A program made the position numbers and the translations under genes. The notes beneath the pieces were generated by a model, which was not told the origin of the DNA, did no database searches, and saw nothing but the letters and a program-made list of their open reading frames with translations. Positions 9,194-18,065 of a stretch of DNA of 64,000 bases are shown here, one piece after another; positions within the stretch are counted from its first letter, which is position 1; each line of letters begins with the position of its first letter. Source of the stretch: an uncultured Candidatus Entotheonella sp. (lineage in GTDB: Bacteria > Tectomicrobia > Entotheonellia > Entotheonellales > Entotheonellaceae); the NCBI GenBank assembly GCA_965217185.1, contig OZ244252.1, forward strand, positions 1,952,001 to 2,016,000. Reading direction: 5' to 3'.

Positions 9194-10327
9194 CTACGCC
9201 TTGGCGATGAACGCCGGACTTTCAAAGGTGCCGCCGACAATCGACGGGGCGTCCAGTTCCAGCCAGTCATCCAGGAGTGTGGTGTACACGCCGCGGAAAT
9301 CCTGATTCGGCATCAGGTCGCCTTGCGTCAGGTCCTCGGCCTTCAGCGACGGATATTCGCCATACATGCCGCCCTGGACGGCTCCGCCAATGGCGAACGC
9401 CACGCCGCCGGCGCCGTGGTCGGTGCCGGAGCCGTTGTCGTGCACCCGGCGACCGAACTCGGTGAAAATCAGCATCACGACGTTGTCAGCAGCGTCGTGC
9501 TCGCGCAAATCGGTGAAGAAAGCACCGACGCCTTCCGAAACCTCTCGCCACAGCTTGGCGTGCTCGCCGGTTTGGCTGGCGTGCGTATCAAAGCTGCCGT
9601 GGTCCAGGTAGAAAATACGGGTGCCCACCTCGGCGGCGTGCACCTGCGCCACGCCGCGCAGCTTGCGGGCCACCTTGGAATCGGGGTACGTGACACTCGA
9701 TTGATAGCGCTGCGGCGCCTCCTTAAGAACGTCCGCGCCAGCCATGGAATCGAGGCCCGTTTGGCCCATGTAATCCATCACCGCCCCCAGACCGATGGCC
9801 GGGGCGTAGGCGTTTTTAAACCGTTCCAGCACCCTCTGCCGCCGCTGTCCCTCGATTCCCGGTAGCATGCCGTAGGTCTCCAGGTCACCGCTGACGCACG
9901 CCACGGGAACGCCGGGAAGCGCCATGGCACGGTACATGCTGGGGCCGAAACTGACGCCGGTCACCACGTTTTCCTTGTTGGGATCGATATCCCGCAGCGC
10001 ACGGCCCAGCCAGCCCTCGGTGCCGACAGTATCCGGCTCGCAGGTGTGCCAGATGTCCATGGAGCGAAAGTGCGAACGCGGCGAATTGGCGTAGCCGACG
10101 CCGTGCATGACAGCCACGTCACCGGCGTCGTAGAACGACTTCAGGGCTTCCATGCTCGGGTGAAAGCCTAGGGCCTGATCGATCGGGATGATCTGATCTT
10201 CAGGGATACTCACCGCCGGGCGGTTCTCCCAGTACAGCGAGTTGGCGTACGGGATGACCGTGTTCAGATAGTCATTGCCGCCACTCAACTGCAGCACGAC
10301 CAGAACGGGTTCTCTCTTCTCTGCCAT
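9194..10327 (-). CDS. DUF1501 family protein (no Tat signal)
   Basis: LQLSGGND.LNTVIP, RSHFRSMDIW, FDTHA.Q, TEFGRR..DNG.GTDHG. Confidence 0.88.
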   Translation of the reverse strand: MAEKREPVLVVLQLSGGNDYLNTVIPYANSLYWENRPAVSIPEDQIIPIDQALGFHPSMEALKSFYDAGDVAVMHGVGYANSPRSHFRSMDIWHTCEPDTVGTEGWLGRALRDIDPNKENVVTGVSFGPSMYRAMALPGVPVACVSGDLETYGMLPGIEGQRRQRVLERFKNAYAPAIGLGAVMDYMGQTGLDSMAGADVLKEAPQRYQSSVTYPDSKVARKLRGVAQVHAAEVGTRIFYLDHGSFDTHASQTGEHAKLWREVSEGVGAFFTDLREHDAADNVVMLIFTEFGRRVHDNGSGTDHGAGGVAFAIGGAVQGGMYGEYPSLKAEDLTQGDLMPNQDFRGVYTTLLDDWLELDAPSIVGGTFESPAFIAKA

Positions 10328-10380
10328 GACTGAACTCCCTCCTCTTACGGTTCAGGCGCAACACACGCCTTAGTGGCTGG

Positions 10381-11790
10381 TTAGTTGAATTGATACTCAC
10401 GCATGGCGACGATCAACTGCAGCATCTCGCCGATCCGCGCTACGGATGCCTCCGTCTCGTCCGCCGAATCCCAGGTCAGCGGACCGCCCTCGCGGGCCTG
10501 CTCCAAAAGCTCCTGCCGGGTATCCGTGCCCACCTGAAGCGGACCCATCAGGTCCAGACAGCTATTCACGAAGGCTTCGGGATCGAGCGAACCCTTGGCC
10601 CTGATGCGGCGGATCATGTCCCGCACGCCCGGCAGATCGGTGCTGCCGACCATGTCAGCCACGAAATTGATACGGCTCATCAGCGAGCCGCTGTTGATCC
10701 ATTCCTTGCCGGTATGCCAGCCCTCCACGCTGGGCGGATTGAGCAAATCCTGGCCCATGTAGGTCGGCTGCAGGGCCACATCGCGGCCGTAATCGGGACG
10801 CGGGATCTCAGCGCCGCCGACCATACGCAGGGTGCCGACGACCAGCTCTGCCGGGCTTTTCACCTTCGTGAAGTAGGCTTCCTTGAAGGAGTCGGAGGTG
10901 AACAGGGTGGTCAGCACCGCCTTCATGTCGTAGCCCGACTCCTGGAAGGTATTGGCCAAAGCATCGACCGCCGCCTCGTCGCGCGACGGGGTGATCTTCC
11001 AGCTTGGCACCTGCGGTTCGTCGGCCACGAAAAAGTTGTACAGGTGACGCGCGACGAAGCGACCACAGGCCGGCTGCTGCACGACGATATCGATGATGTC
11101 CTCGCCGTTGAAATTGCCGGTGTGACCCAGAAACTCCTTCTCACCGTCGTCGTGGTCCTCTGCGACGTACTCGAACTCCCAGGGAAAACGACCGTACGGC
11201 AGGCGCGGAATCTTGACCGAGAACGTCCAACCGGTGAAGGCGCGCGACGCCTCACGTACATCCTTCTCGGTGTAATTCCCCTGCCCCATGCTGAACAACT
11301 CCAAAAGTTCCCGCCCCCAGTTCTCGTTCACGGCGTCCTTGTGGTTCTCGTTGTTGTCCAGCCAGTAAATCATCGCCGGGTCCTTGGCCAGGGCCACCAG
11401 CAGGTCGCGGTAGTTGCCCATGCCGCGCTGTCGGAACATGCCGATCTGCGCCAGCAACTGGTCGTAATTGTCCACCTTGGAATTGCCGGTAGCGAAGACG
11501 TGGTGCCAGAAGAGCGCCATCTTCTCCTCAAGGGGACGCTGGGTGTTCACCATGTGGAACATCCAGTTGACGTTCCCCATAGGCGGCATGCCGCCCGGCA
11601 ACAGAGCAGCGGGTTGGTAGCGCAGCAGGGCGTATTCGTCCGCCGGCTCGCTGGTTTTGGGGTGAATCAACTCCTGCACCGTCGCCTCGTACCCTTCGGC
11701 GGCGCGGCGCTCCAATTCCTCGCGCGGCGCCCCGAAGCCGGCCCGGCGCATCAAGTGGGCCATCAATCCGATGTCGTGATTGTCTACCAT
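10381..11790 (-). CDS. DUF1800 family protein
   Basis: AHLMRRAGFG, EKMALFWHH.FAT, NENWGRELLELFSMG, PPSVEGW; usual partner of DUF1501. Confidence 0.88.
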   Translation of the reverse strand: MVDNHDIGLMAHLMRRAGFGAPREELERRAAEGYEATVQELIHPKTSEPADEYALLRYQPAALLPGGMPPMGNVNWMFHMVNTQRPLEEKMALFWHHVFATGNSKVDNYDQLLAQIGMFRQRGMGNYRDLLVALAKDPAMIYWLDNNENHKDAVNENWGRELLELFSMGQGNYTEKDVREASRAFTGWTFSVKIPRLPYGRFPWEFEYVAEDHDDGEKEFLGHTGNFNGEDIIDIVVQQPACGRFVARHLYNFFVADEPQVPSWKITPSRDEAAVDALANTFQESGYDMKAVLTTLFTSDSFKEAYFTKVKSPAELVVGTLRMVGGAEIPRPDYGRDVALQPTYMGQDLLNPPSVEGWHTGKEWINSGSLMSRINFVADMVGSTDLPGVRDMIRRIRAKGSLDPEAFVNSCLDLMGPLQVGTDTRQELLEQAREGGPLTWDSADETEASVARIGEMLQLIVAMREYQFN

Positions 11791-11871
11791 TGCTCTCTCC
11801 TCCTCACGGCGTTGACACTCTCCCACACATGGATTCCCGCTGGCGCGAAAGCGGCAGGGACAGGCAAGTCG

Positions 11872-13281
11872 TCAGTCCCGCGCCAGCCGAAACCTCGACC
11901 GCCTCCTTCGCCTCTTGTGTCTGAGGTATGCGATGTACAGCCGGCCGATAATAAGGACCATCACCACCACGGCCGCCCATATGAAGAGCTTCTTCTGCTT
12001 ACGGTCCAGCAAATGAAAACTATGGGTCAACACTTTCCTAAGGCCCGCTCGCTCAACCGAGCCGCTGGCGATCAGCGGTATGGATACCAGAAGCCTGCCC
12101 TGCAGCCCCACGACGTATTCACCAACCACCTGTTGGTGCTCTACCGGGGCAATCAGGTACTCGGGCAACGTATCGCGGCGCTCAAGGTTATCCTCGAATT
12201 CTTCAGGCACGATGAGCATCGGGTTACGCGCCCCCACCACGCCGATGCTGTCCTCTTTTCCCTTGAATACCGGAATCTCGAACACCGTGCCCGGCTCCTG
12301 GAACACGTCGAGGAAGGCATAGCGACGATAGCCGTAGTTGAGCAGCTTCGCCGACTCCTCGGTGCGCACGGTGGGGCTGGTCGCCCCCATGAGGACGGAA
12401 ATCAGCCGGCGCCCCTCCCGTTCAGCGGTGGCCAGCAAGTGATAGCCGGACGCGGCGGTGAAGCCGGTTTTCAGACCATCGACCGAGTCATCCCTCCGTA
12501 GCAGCCGGTTGCGGTTGTATTGGCGTATGTCGGAGAAGGTGTACTCCGTAAGGGAGTGATACTGCAGGGCTTGCGGAAAATCTTGCAGGTAGTGCATGGC
12601 CAGCAGGGCCATGTCTTGGGCGGTGGTGAGTTGCCCGCGGCTCGGCAGTCCGTGCGAATTGGTGAAGTGACTGTTCGTCATACCCAATCCGCTGGCCGTC
12701 TCGTTCATGATTTTGACGAACGCCTCTTCGCTGCCGGAGAAGTGCTCGGCTACCGCCACGCAGGCGTCGTTACCGGACACGACGGAAATACCTTTGATCA
12801 GTTCCTCCAGCGGCACTCTTTCGCCCTCCCGCACAAACATTTTCGAGCCGCCGGTCCTCCATGCCTTCTCGCTGATGAAAACCTCATCGCTGAGTCGTGC
12901 CTGACGCTTGTCAATGAGATCGAAAACAACGTACAACGTGAGCAATTTGGTAAACGAGGCAGGGGGAATTTGCTCGTCTTTGTTCTGCTGCTGGAGGATC
13001 TTGCCGCTGGAATACTCCATCAGCACGGAACTCTTGGCGCGGACCGACAGACTACTCCCCGGCTCGAGCATCAGGTAGGGTTCGGGCATTTCAGCCTTGG
13101 GTCTTTCGCCGGAGACTGTGGCGGCAGGCTCGGCAATTGCAGGCTCGGTCGCTTCCGGGAGAGGCGCAGGCGTTGGGGTCTCGTCCTGAGCGTGTAAGCA
13201 GCCGAAGAAAAAAAGCACGAACAAGCCGCCTAGTAACAACAGCCGCGTAAGGCGGCGATTCGGGGAGTCAGTCACGTGCAA
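11872..13281 (-). CDS. dacA: D-alanyl-D-alanine carboxypeptidase (PBP5/6 family)
   Basis: SxxK (ASFTK), SGN, KTG motifs; signal peptide; C-terminal TM anchor; start approximate. Confidence 0.9.
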   Translation of the reverse strand: MHVTDSPNRRLTRLLLLGGLFVLFFFGCLHAQDETPTPAPLPEATEPAIAEPAATVSGERPKAEMPEPYLMLEPGSSLSVRAKSSVLMEYSSGKILQQQNKDEQIPPASFTKLLTLYVVFDLIDKRQARLSDEVFISEKAWRTGGSKMFVREGERVPLEELIKGISVVSGNDACVAVAEHFSGSEEAFVKIMNETASGLGMTNSHFTNSHGLPSRGQLTTAQDMALLAMHYLQDFPQALQYHSLTEYTFSDIRQYNRNRLLRRDDSVDGLKTGFTAASGYHLLATAEREGRRLISVLMGATSPTVRTEESAKLLNYGYRRYAFLDVFQEPGTVFEIPVFKGKEDSIGVVGARNPMLIVPEEFEDNLERRDTLPEYLIAPVEHQQVVGEYVVGLQGRLLVSIPLIASGSVERAGLRKVLTHSFHLLDRKQKKLFIWAAVVVMVLIIGRLYIAYLRHKRRRRRSRFRLARD

Positions 13282-13320
13282 TTCCTCTGTCGGGTGTTCC
13301 TTGCTTTCGCGTGCATCGTG

Positions 13321-13743
13321 TCACCCCGTTTCCTCGGTAAAGCGAACCTGCTCACCGTACGTCTCCACGAACGACTCAAAGCGGGCGACGTTGTCGGGGA
13401 TGAGGGTCTTACCCTGGCTCCAATCGTAGAAGCTGGGAAAATACCAGACGAGCAGCGGGTCACCACAGGCCTCGCCAGCTTTGAAGAACGCCAAGTGCGG
13501 CGTCTGCCCTTCCGAACGGCGCACTGCGGCCGCTTGCAGGGTGTGCCGTTTGAGATGCAGATGGCTACGCGCTTCGGGCCTCTCGGCGTTGGTGTGATAC
13601 ACCGTCAGCCACTCCTCATAGGGATGCAGATACATGTCCTGCCCGCGCAGTTCCATGGAGCCGTGCTCATTTCGCAAGATGAAGGTGCCGCCCATATCGA
13701 TCAACAGCTCCAAGAAATCGTGAAGTGTCGTCGTCATTGCCAT
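13321..13743 (-). CDS. Hypothetical protein, possibly ChuX/HutX/HemS-like heme-binding fold
   Basis: FILRNEHGSMEL...SHLHLK...HLAFF pattern resembles the HutX/HemS split barrel; GGAGG RBS. Confidence 0.45.
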   Translation of the reverse strand: MAMTTTLHDFLELLIDMGGTFILRNEHGSMELRGQDMYLHPYEEWLTVYHTNAERPEARSHLHLKRHTLQAAAVRRSEGQTPHLAFFKAGEACGDPLLVWYFPSFYDWSQGKTLIPDNVARFESFVETYGEQVRFTEETG

Positions 13744-13860
13744 GCCACACCTCCACAAGAAGCCACGTTACGACGGAGCCTCAAACAGCCTGGGACCCGC
13801 CAGCACGTGGCTCTGCCAGTGCTGCCAACTCAGGAGATCCTCCCCTGGCAATTTGCATTG

Positions 13861-14271
13861 TCAAAAGGTCGCCGCCTGTTCAAAGAAGGCGACGTCGACC
13901 CGCACCGTGCCCTCCTGCCGGGCCTGTTCGGCGACTTTCTGAACCACCATCTGACGCACAAACGGAATGGGAATGCGGCCAACACGATGCACCACGTCTT
14001 CGGTACAAGGAACCGAGGTGCCGGGCAAATATGGACCGTCCGACGCTTCCGGCTCGGCGTCATGCTCGCAGGTGTGGGGCACCAACTCCTGCAGCCGCAG
14101 GGAAACGTAATCCGTCACCCACTGCTGGATGCCCTCGGTAACCTTGCCGGTATCAACGCGCTGCTGCTCAAGCTGCTGCGAAAAACCGACCAACAGTTCC
14201 TGCACGCGCGTCAACTGCTCCTGCATGGCGTCCAAACGGCTTTCAAGCCCCGTGGCCTCCGTGCTCGGCAT
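13861..14271 (-). CDS. Small coiled-coil protein with C-terminal PCP_red-like domain
   Basis: N-terminal heptads; C-terminal RVGRIPIPFVRQMVVQKVAEQARQEGTVRV resembles the PCP_red (BchB C-terminal) domain; AAGGAG RBS. Confidence 0.6.
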   Translation of the reverse strand: MPSTEATGLESRLDAMQEQLTRVQELLVGFSQQLEQQRVDTGKVTEGIQQWVTDYVSLRLQELVPHTCEHDAEPEASDGPYLPGTSVPCTEDVVHRVGRIPIPFVRQMVVQKVAEQARQEGTVRVDVAFFEQAATF

Positions 14272-14333
14272 GTTCACTATCTCCTTATACAGGGAACTTT
14301 TTCTATCGCATGAAATCATAGGGGCAGCGATGC

Positions 14334-15671
14334 TCATGACCGTTTGGGACGGAATCGTGCACCCCACGTTTGGCGAATCTCGGCCAACAACTCGGAGGTT
14401 ATCTCCGGGTAACCCTGCGACCGAGCATAGGCTTCCACACCCTTCACCACCATACCGCGGGCGAATGACGGAATCGCCTTCAGCCGCTCGCGGGCCGCCG
14501 GCTGCCAAACCAGTTCCTGCTTCACCTCAAGGCCGAACGTCTGCGATGGCGGGAGCTCAATCATTTTACCACCGTGTTGACCTGGCTGGTAAGCGCAGGC
14601 GGGATCCTCGGCCAAATAATCGCCGTAGGTGGCATAGGCGCGGCAACGACAGCCGCCACAGATTTTGCTGAACTCGCAGGTACCACAGCGCCCGCCTAGC
14701 TCCGGCTCACGCAAATTCTGGAAAACGTCGGACCCATCCCACAGATCGGCGAACGACGTCTGGCGCAGATTGCCCGCCACGACCGGCATATAGGGACACG
14801 GTGTCACATCGCCGCGCGGCGTGATGCGGCAGTAGTATTTGCCGGCCGGGCAGGAGCCGTGGGCGTAATTCTTGAGCAGCGGCGAGTTGGGATCGAGCTC
14901 CCAGACGATGCGGCGAAAGTGTGGGGCACACTTGGCGCGAATAAGGAGCTTGCCCGCCGCGCCGACCGGCATGCTCCACGGGTCCTCCTGCTTGCTGAAA
15001 ACCGATGTCGCCTCAGTGTCACCATCTTCGCCAACCCCTTGGGCGCGAGCCAAAGACGTCAGGATAGCTTCGTACTGCTCGGCGCTGATGTCCGTCAGGT
15101 TCTCGCCCCGCCCGGTTCGCACCAGGAAGAATAAGTTGAGCACGTTGGCGCCCAGGTCGTTGGCCAGATCGACCATCGCCGGAATCTCGTCAACATTCCA
15201 GTCGGTCACCGACATGTGCAACGAGAAGTCCAGGCCTTCGTCCTTCAAGACCCGCGTCGCCCGCACGGCAGCCTCCCAGGAGCCGGCCTGATGGCGAAAG
15301 GCGTCGTGCTTGTCGGCGTGCGTGGAATCCAGGCTTATCGAGGCACCAAGAACACCGCTCTGCCGCATCAACTTGGCCTGCTTCTCGCGTAACAGCACCC
15401 CGTTCGTACCCAGAACGACCGTGAAATCACGCTCCGCCCCGTAAGCCGCCAAGTCGAATATATCCTTCCGCAACAGCGGCTCGCCGCCGGTAAGGATGAG
15501 AAAGATGCTGGGATTGACGCGGGCGATGTCGTCCATGACGCGGTAGCACTCAGCCGTCGTCAATTCGTTTGCAGCGTCGGCACCGGCGGAAGCGCTGATG
15601 TAGCAGTGGGCGCAAAAAAGGTTGCACCGCTGCGTGAGGTTCCAGGAAACCGAATAGGCTTTATAAACCAT
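14334..15671 (-). CDS. Radical SAM/SPASM protein, AhbD/AhbC/NirJ-like, with C-terminal PCP_red domain
   Basis: CNLFCAHC, TGGEPLLR, CAPHF.R, CPAG..YCRITP.GDVTPCPY, CGTCEF..ICGGCRCRAY...DPAC; tail W...ARERLKAIPSFARGMV. Confidence 0.8.
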   Translation of the reverse strand: MVYKAYSVSWNLTQRCNLFCAHCYISASAGADAANELTTAECYRVMDDIARVNPSIFLILTGGEPLLRKDIFDLAAYGAERDFTVVLGTNGVLLREKQAKLMRQSGVLGASISLDSTHADKHDAFRHQAGSWEAAVRATRVLKDEGLDFSLHMSVTDWNVDEIPAMVDLANDLGANVLNLFFLVRTGRGENLTDISAEQYEAILTSLARAQGVGEDGDTEATSVFSKQEDPWSMPVGAAGKLLIRAKCAPHFRRIVWELDPNSPLLKNYAHGSCPAGKYYCRITPRGDVTPCPYMPVVAGNLRQTSFADLWDGSDVFQNLREPELGGRCGTCEFSKICGGCRCRAYATYGDYLAEDPACAYQPGQHGGKMIELPPSQTFGLEVKQELVWQPAARERLKAIPSFARGMVVKGVEAYARSQGYPEITSELLAEIRQTWGARFRPKRS

Positions 15672-15688
15672 AGGCTATCCCGTCTTGC

Positions 15689-17782
15689 TTAAGGCTCCTC
15701 GCCGAAATGTTTCAGGTCTTCCGGGCCTTCCTGGGTCACCACCACGCTCTCTCCCTGGACCATTTGGCGGACCGACTCCACCACTTCGGGGTTCGCCAGC
15801 GTCGTCACGTCACCAATATCCATGGTATTCGAAATCGCCGCCAGCACCCGGCGCATGATCTTTCCGGAACGCGTCTTGGGCATGTCCGGGACGATGTACA
15901 CGTGCTTTGGCCGAGCGATCTTGCCGATGATCGTCTCAATGGCTTGGGTCACCTTGGCTTCGATAGCCGGGCCCGGGTCAAAACCAGGCTTCAACGACAC
16001 GTACATATCCGGCACCCGTCCGCGAATGTCGTCCGCCACCGGCACAACCGCCGCCTCGGCGATTTCCTCGACGGTGAGGCCGGCGGATTCAAGCTCCTTG
16101 GTACCCAAACGGTGACCGGCAACGTTAATCACGTCGTCGACGCGGCCCAGGATGCGGTAATAACCGTCCACCGCCTGCATGGCGCCGTCACCGGTAAAGT
16201 ACGGCCAATCGCGCCAGTCCTTGCTCTCGGGGTTCTTGCAGTACTTGCCATAGTAGGTCGATACGTAACGCTCACGGTCGCCCCAGATGGTTTGAAAACC
16301 ACCGGGCCAGGGATTGCGGATACAGATATTTCCGGCTTTGCCCGACCCCGCCGGCACCTCATCGCCATTTTCGTCGTAGATGACCGGATGAATGCCCGGC
16401 ACGCTGGGTCCGGCACTACCCGCCTTCATGGCTTGCAGAGCCGGCAGGGTGCTACACAAAAAACCACCCGTCTCGGTCTGCCACCAAGTGTCGCAAATCA
16501 CGGCCTCACCTTTGCCAACCACATCGTAGTACCACTGCCACACCTCGGGTTCGATGGGTTCACCAACGGTGGTCATGTGCTTGAAGTGGTAATTGTATTT
16601 TTGTGGTTCGTCGGGCCCGGCTTTGCGCAGCATGCGAATGGTGGTGGGGGCGGTGTGGAAAATGTTGACCGCCAATTGCTCGGCGATACGCCAAGCCCGC
16701 CCGGCGTCGGGATAGGTGGGAACGCCCTCGTACATGACGGTGGTGGCCGCCAGAGACAACGGACCGTAGACAATGTAGGAATGCCCGGTGATCCAGCCGA
16801 TGTCCGCCATGCACCAATACACGTCCTCGGGGTGAATGTCCTGCACGTACTTGGAGGTGCCCGCTACGTATGAGAGGTAGCCGCCGGTGCTGTGCTGGCA
16901 GCCTTTGGGACGCCCGGTCGTGCCGCTAGTGTACATCAGGAACAACGGTTCTTCGGCCGCCAGCGCCACGGGCTCAATCCTGCTGCCGGCGTAGGTCTTT
17001 AATTCATTATCCACGAAGTAGTCACGCCCGTCCTGCATCGGGGTCGCCGAATGGTATTGGCCGGGGTAACGCCGCCACACCAACACCTTGTCAACGACTT
17101 GGCCTTCCTCGGCCGCCGTTTTCACGGCCTCATCCGCCTTTTCCTTGTGATCCAGGAGCGTGCCGCTGCGGTAATAACTGTCCATCGTAACCAGCACCCG
17201 GCTGCCGGAATCGGCGACACGCTCGCCGCATGATTTGCCGCTGAAACCACCGAACACCACCGAATGGATGGCACCCAGCCTGGCGCAGGCCAGCATGGTG
17301 ACCGGCAGTTCCGGCACCATTGGCATGTGAATGGTCACCCGGTCGCCTGCCTTAACACCAGCAAAATCCCGTAGCACGGCGGCAAATTCGTTCACCCGCG
17401 TGTAAAGTTCTTGATACGTAATCGCAACGTGAGCTTCATCTTCCGGTTCCGGCACGTAAAGAATGGCCGCTTTGTTTCTATACTTTGTTAAATGGCGGTC
17501 GACACAATTGTAGGAAACATTAAGCTTGCCACCAACAAACCATTTCCAGCACGGGGCATCACTGGTATCCAGCAGGGTATCCCAATACGCATACCAATCG
17601 AGGAGATCAGCGTACTCTTTGAAACACTCAGGAAATCGGTCAAGCCCAAAGCGATCGTGAACGTGCGGGTCGGTCATATTCGCCTGCGCGATAAACTGCG
17701 CCGATGGCTGAACATACGCCTCCTCCTTCCAATGCACGGCGATCTGCGCTTCACTCGTCGCCACAACCTCTGGTTCGCTCAT
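15689..17782 (-). CDS. acs: Acetyl-CoA synthetase (AMP-forming)
   Basis: YTSGTTGRPKG, DIGWITGHSY, DTWWQTETGG, PKTRSGKIMRR. Confidence 0.95.
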   Translation of the reverse strand: MSEPEVVATSEAQIAVHWKEEAYVQPSAQFIAQANMTDPHVHDRFGLDRFPECFKEYADLLDWYAYWDTLLDTSDAPCWKWFVGGKLNVSYNCVDRHLTKYRNKAAILYVPEPEDEAHVAITYQELYTRVNEFAAVLRDFAGVKAGDRVTIHMPMVPELPVTMLACARLGAIHSVVFGGFSGKSCGERVADSGSRVLVTMDSYYRSGTLLDHKEKADEAVKTAAEEGQVVDKVLVWRRYPGQYHSATPMQDGRDYFVDNELKTYAGSRIEPVALAAEEPLFLMYTSGTTGRPKGCQHSTGGYLSYVAGTSKYVQDIHPEDVYWCMADIGWITGHSYIVYGPLSLAATTVMYEGVPTYPDAGRAWRIAEQLAVNIFHTAPTTIRMLRKAGPDEPQKYNYHFKHMTTVGEPIEPEVWQWYYDVVGKGEAVICDTWWQTETGGFLCSTLPALQAMKAGSAGPSVPGIHPVIYDENGDEVPAGSGKAGNICIRNPWPGGFQTIWGDRERYVSTYYGKYCKNPESKDWRDWPYFTGDGAMQAVDGYYRILGRVDDVINVAGHRLGTKELESAGLTVEEIAEAAVVPVADDIRGRVPDMYVSLKPGFDPGPAIEAKVTQAIETIIGKIARPKHVYIVPDMPKTRSGKIMRRVLAAISNTMDIGDVTTLANPEVVESVRQMVQGESVVVTQEGPEDLKHFGEEP

Positions 17783-17870
17783 CTCGCACCCCTCTGACCT
17801 AACAGACCAAGCCGATTTCTAAAGTCTGAATCAAGCCTCCGTACCCTTTCCAGCATCATATTAGCGGGGC

Positions 17871-17900
17871 ATGGTAAAGGATTGCCAAGAGGGCTGTCAA
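17871..17900 (-). promoter_or_regulatory. Putative sigma70 promoter for acs
   Basis: Minus strand TTGACA-N18-TACCAT. Confidence 0.4.
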
Positions 17901-17980
17901 CCGCCAGATTGTGTGCCGAAAACGACCCGCCACCACTCCCTTGAGGCTGTTCGCAGGGCCTTCTGAACCAAGGTAAATGC

Positions 17981-18016
17981 TTGACTTTCAGAAGGCTGCT
18001 TGCTAAGGTCGCCCCC
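17981..18016 (+). promoter_or_regulatory. Putative sigma70 promoter for rel, with GC-rich discriminator
   Basis: TTGACT-N17-TAAGGT with TG extended -10, followed by CGCCCCC. Confidence 0.5.
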
Positions 18017-18065
18017 TGTCGATCTTTGAACCAAGACACACCTTTATTGAACCATAGACGACGAT

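Noticed and set aside
10390..12501. 703-aa + strand ORF
   Set aside because: Antisense shadow of DUF1800/dacA, typical of high-GC DNA; no recognisable motifs
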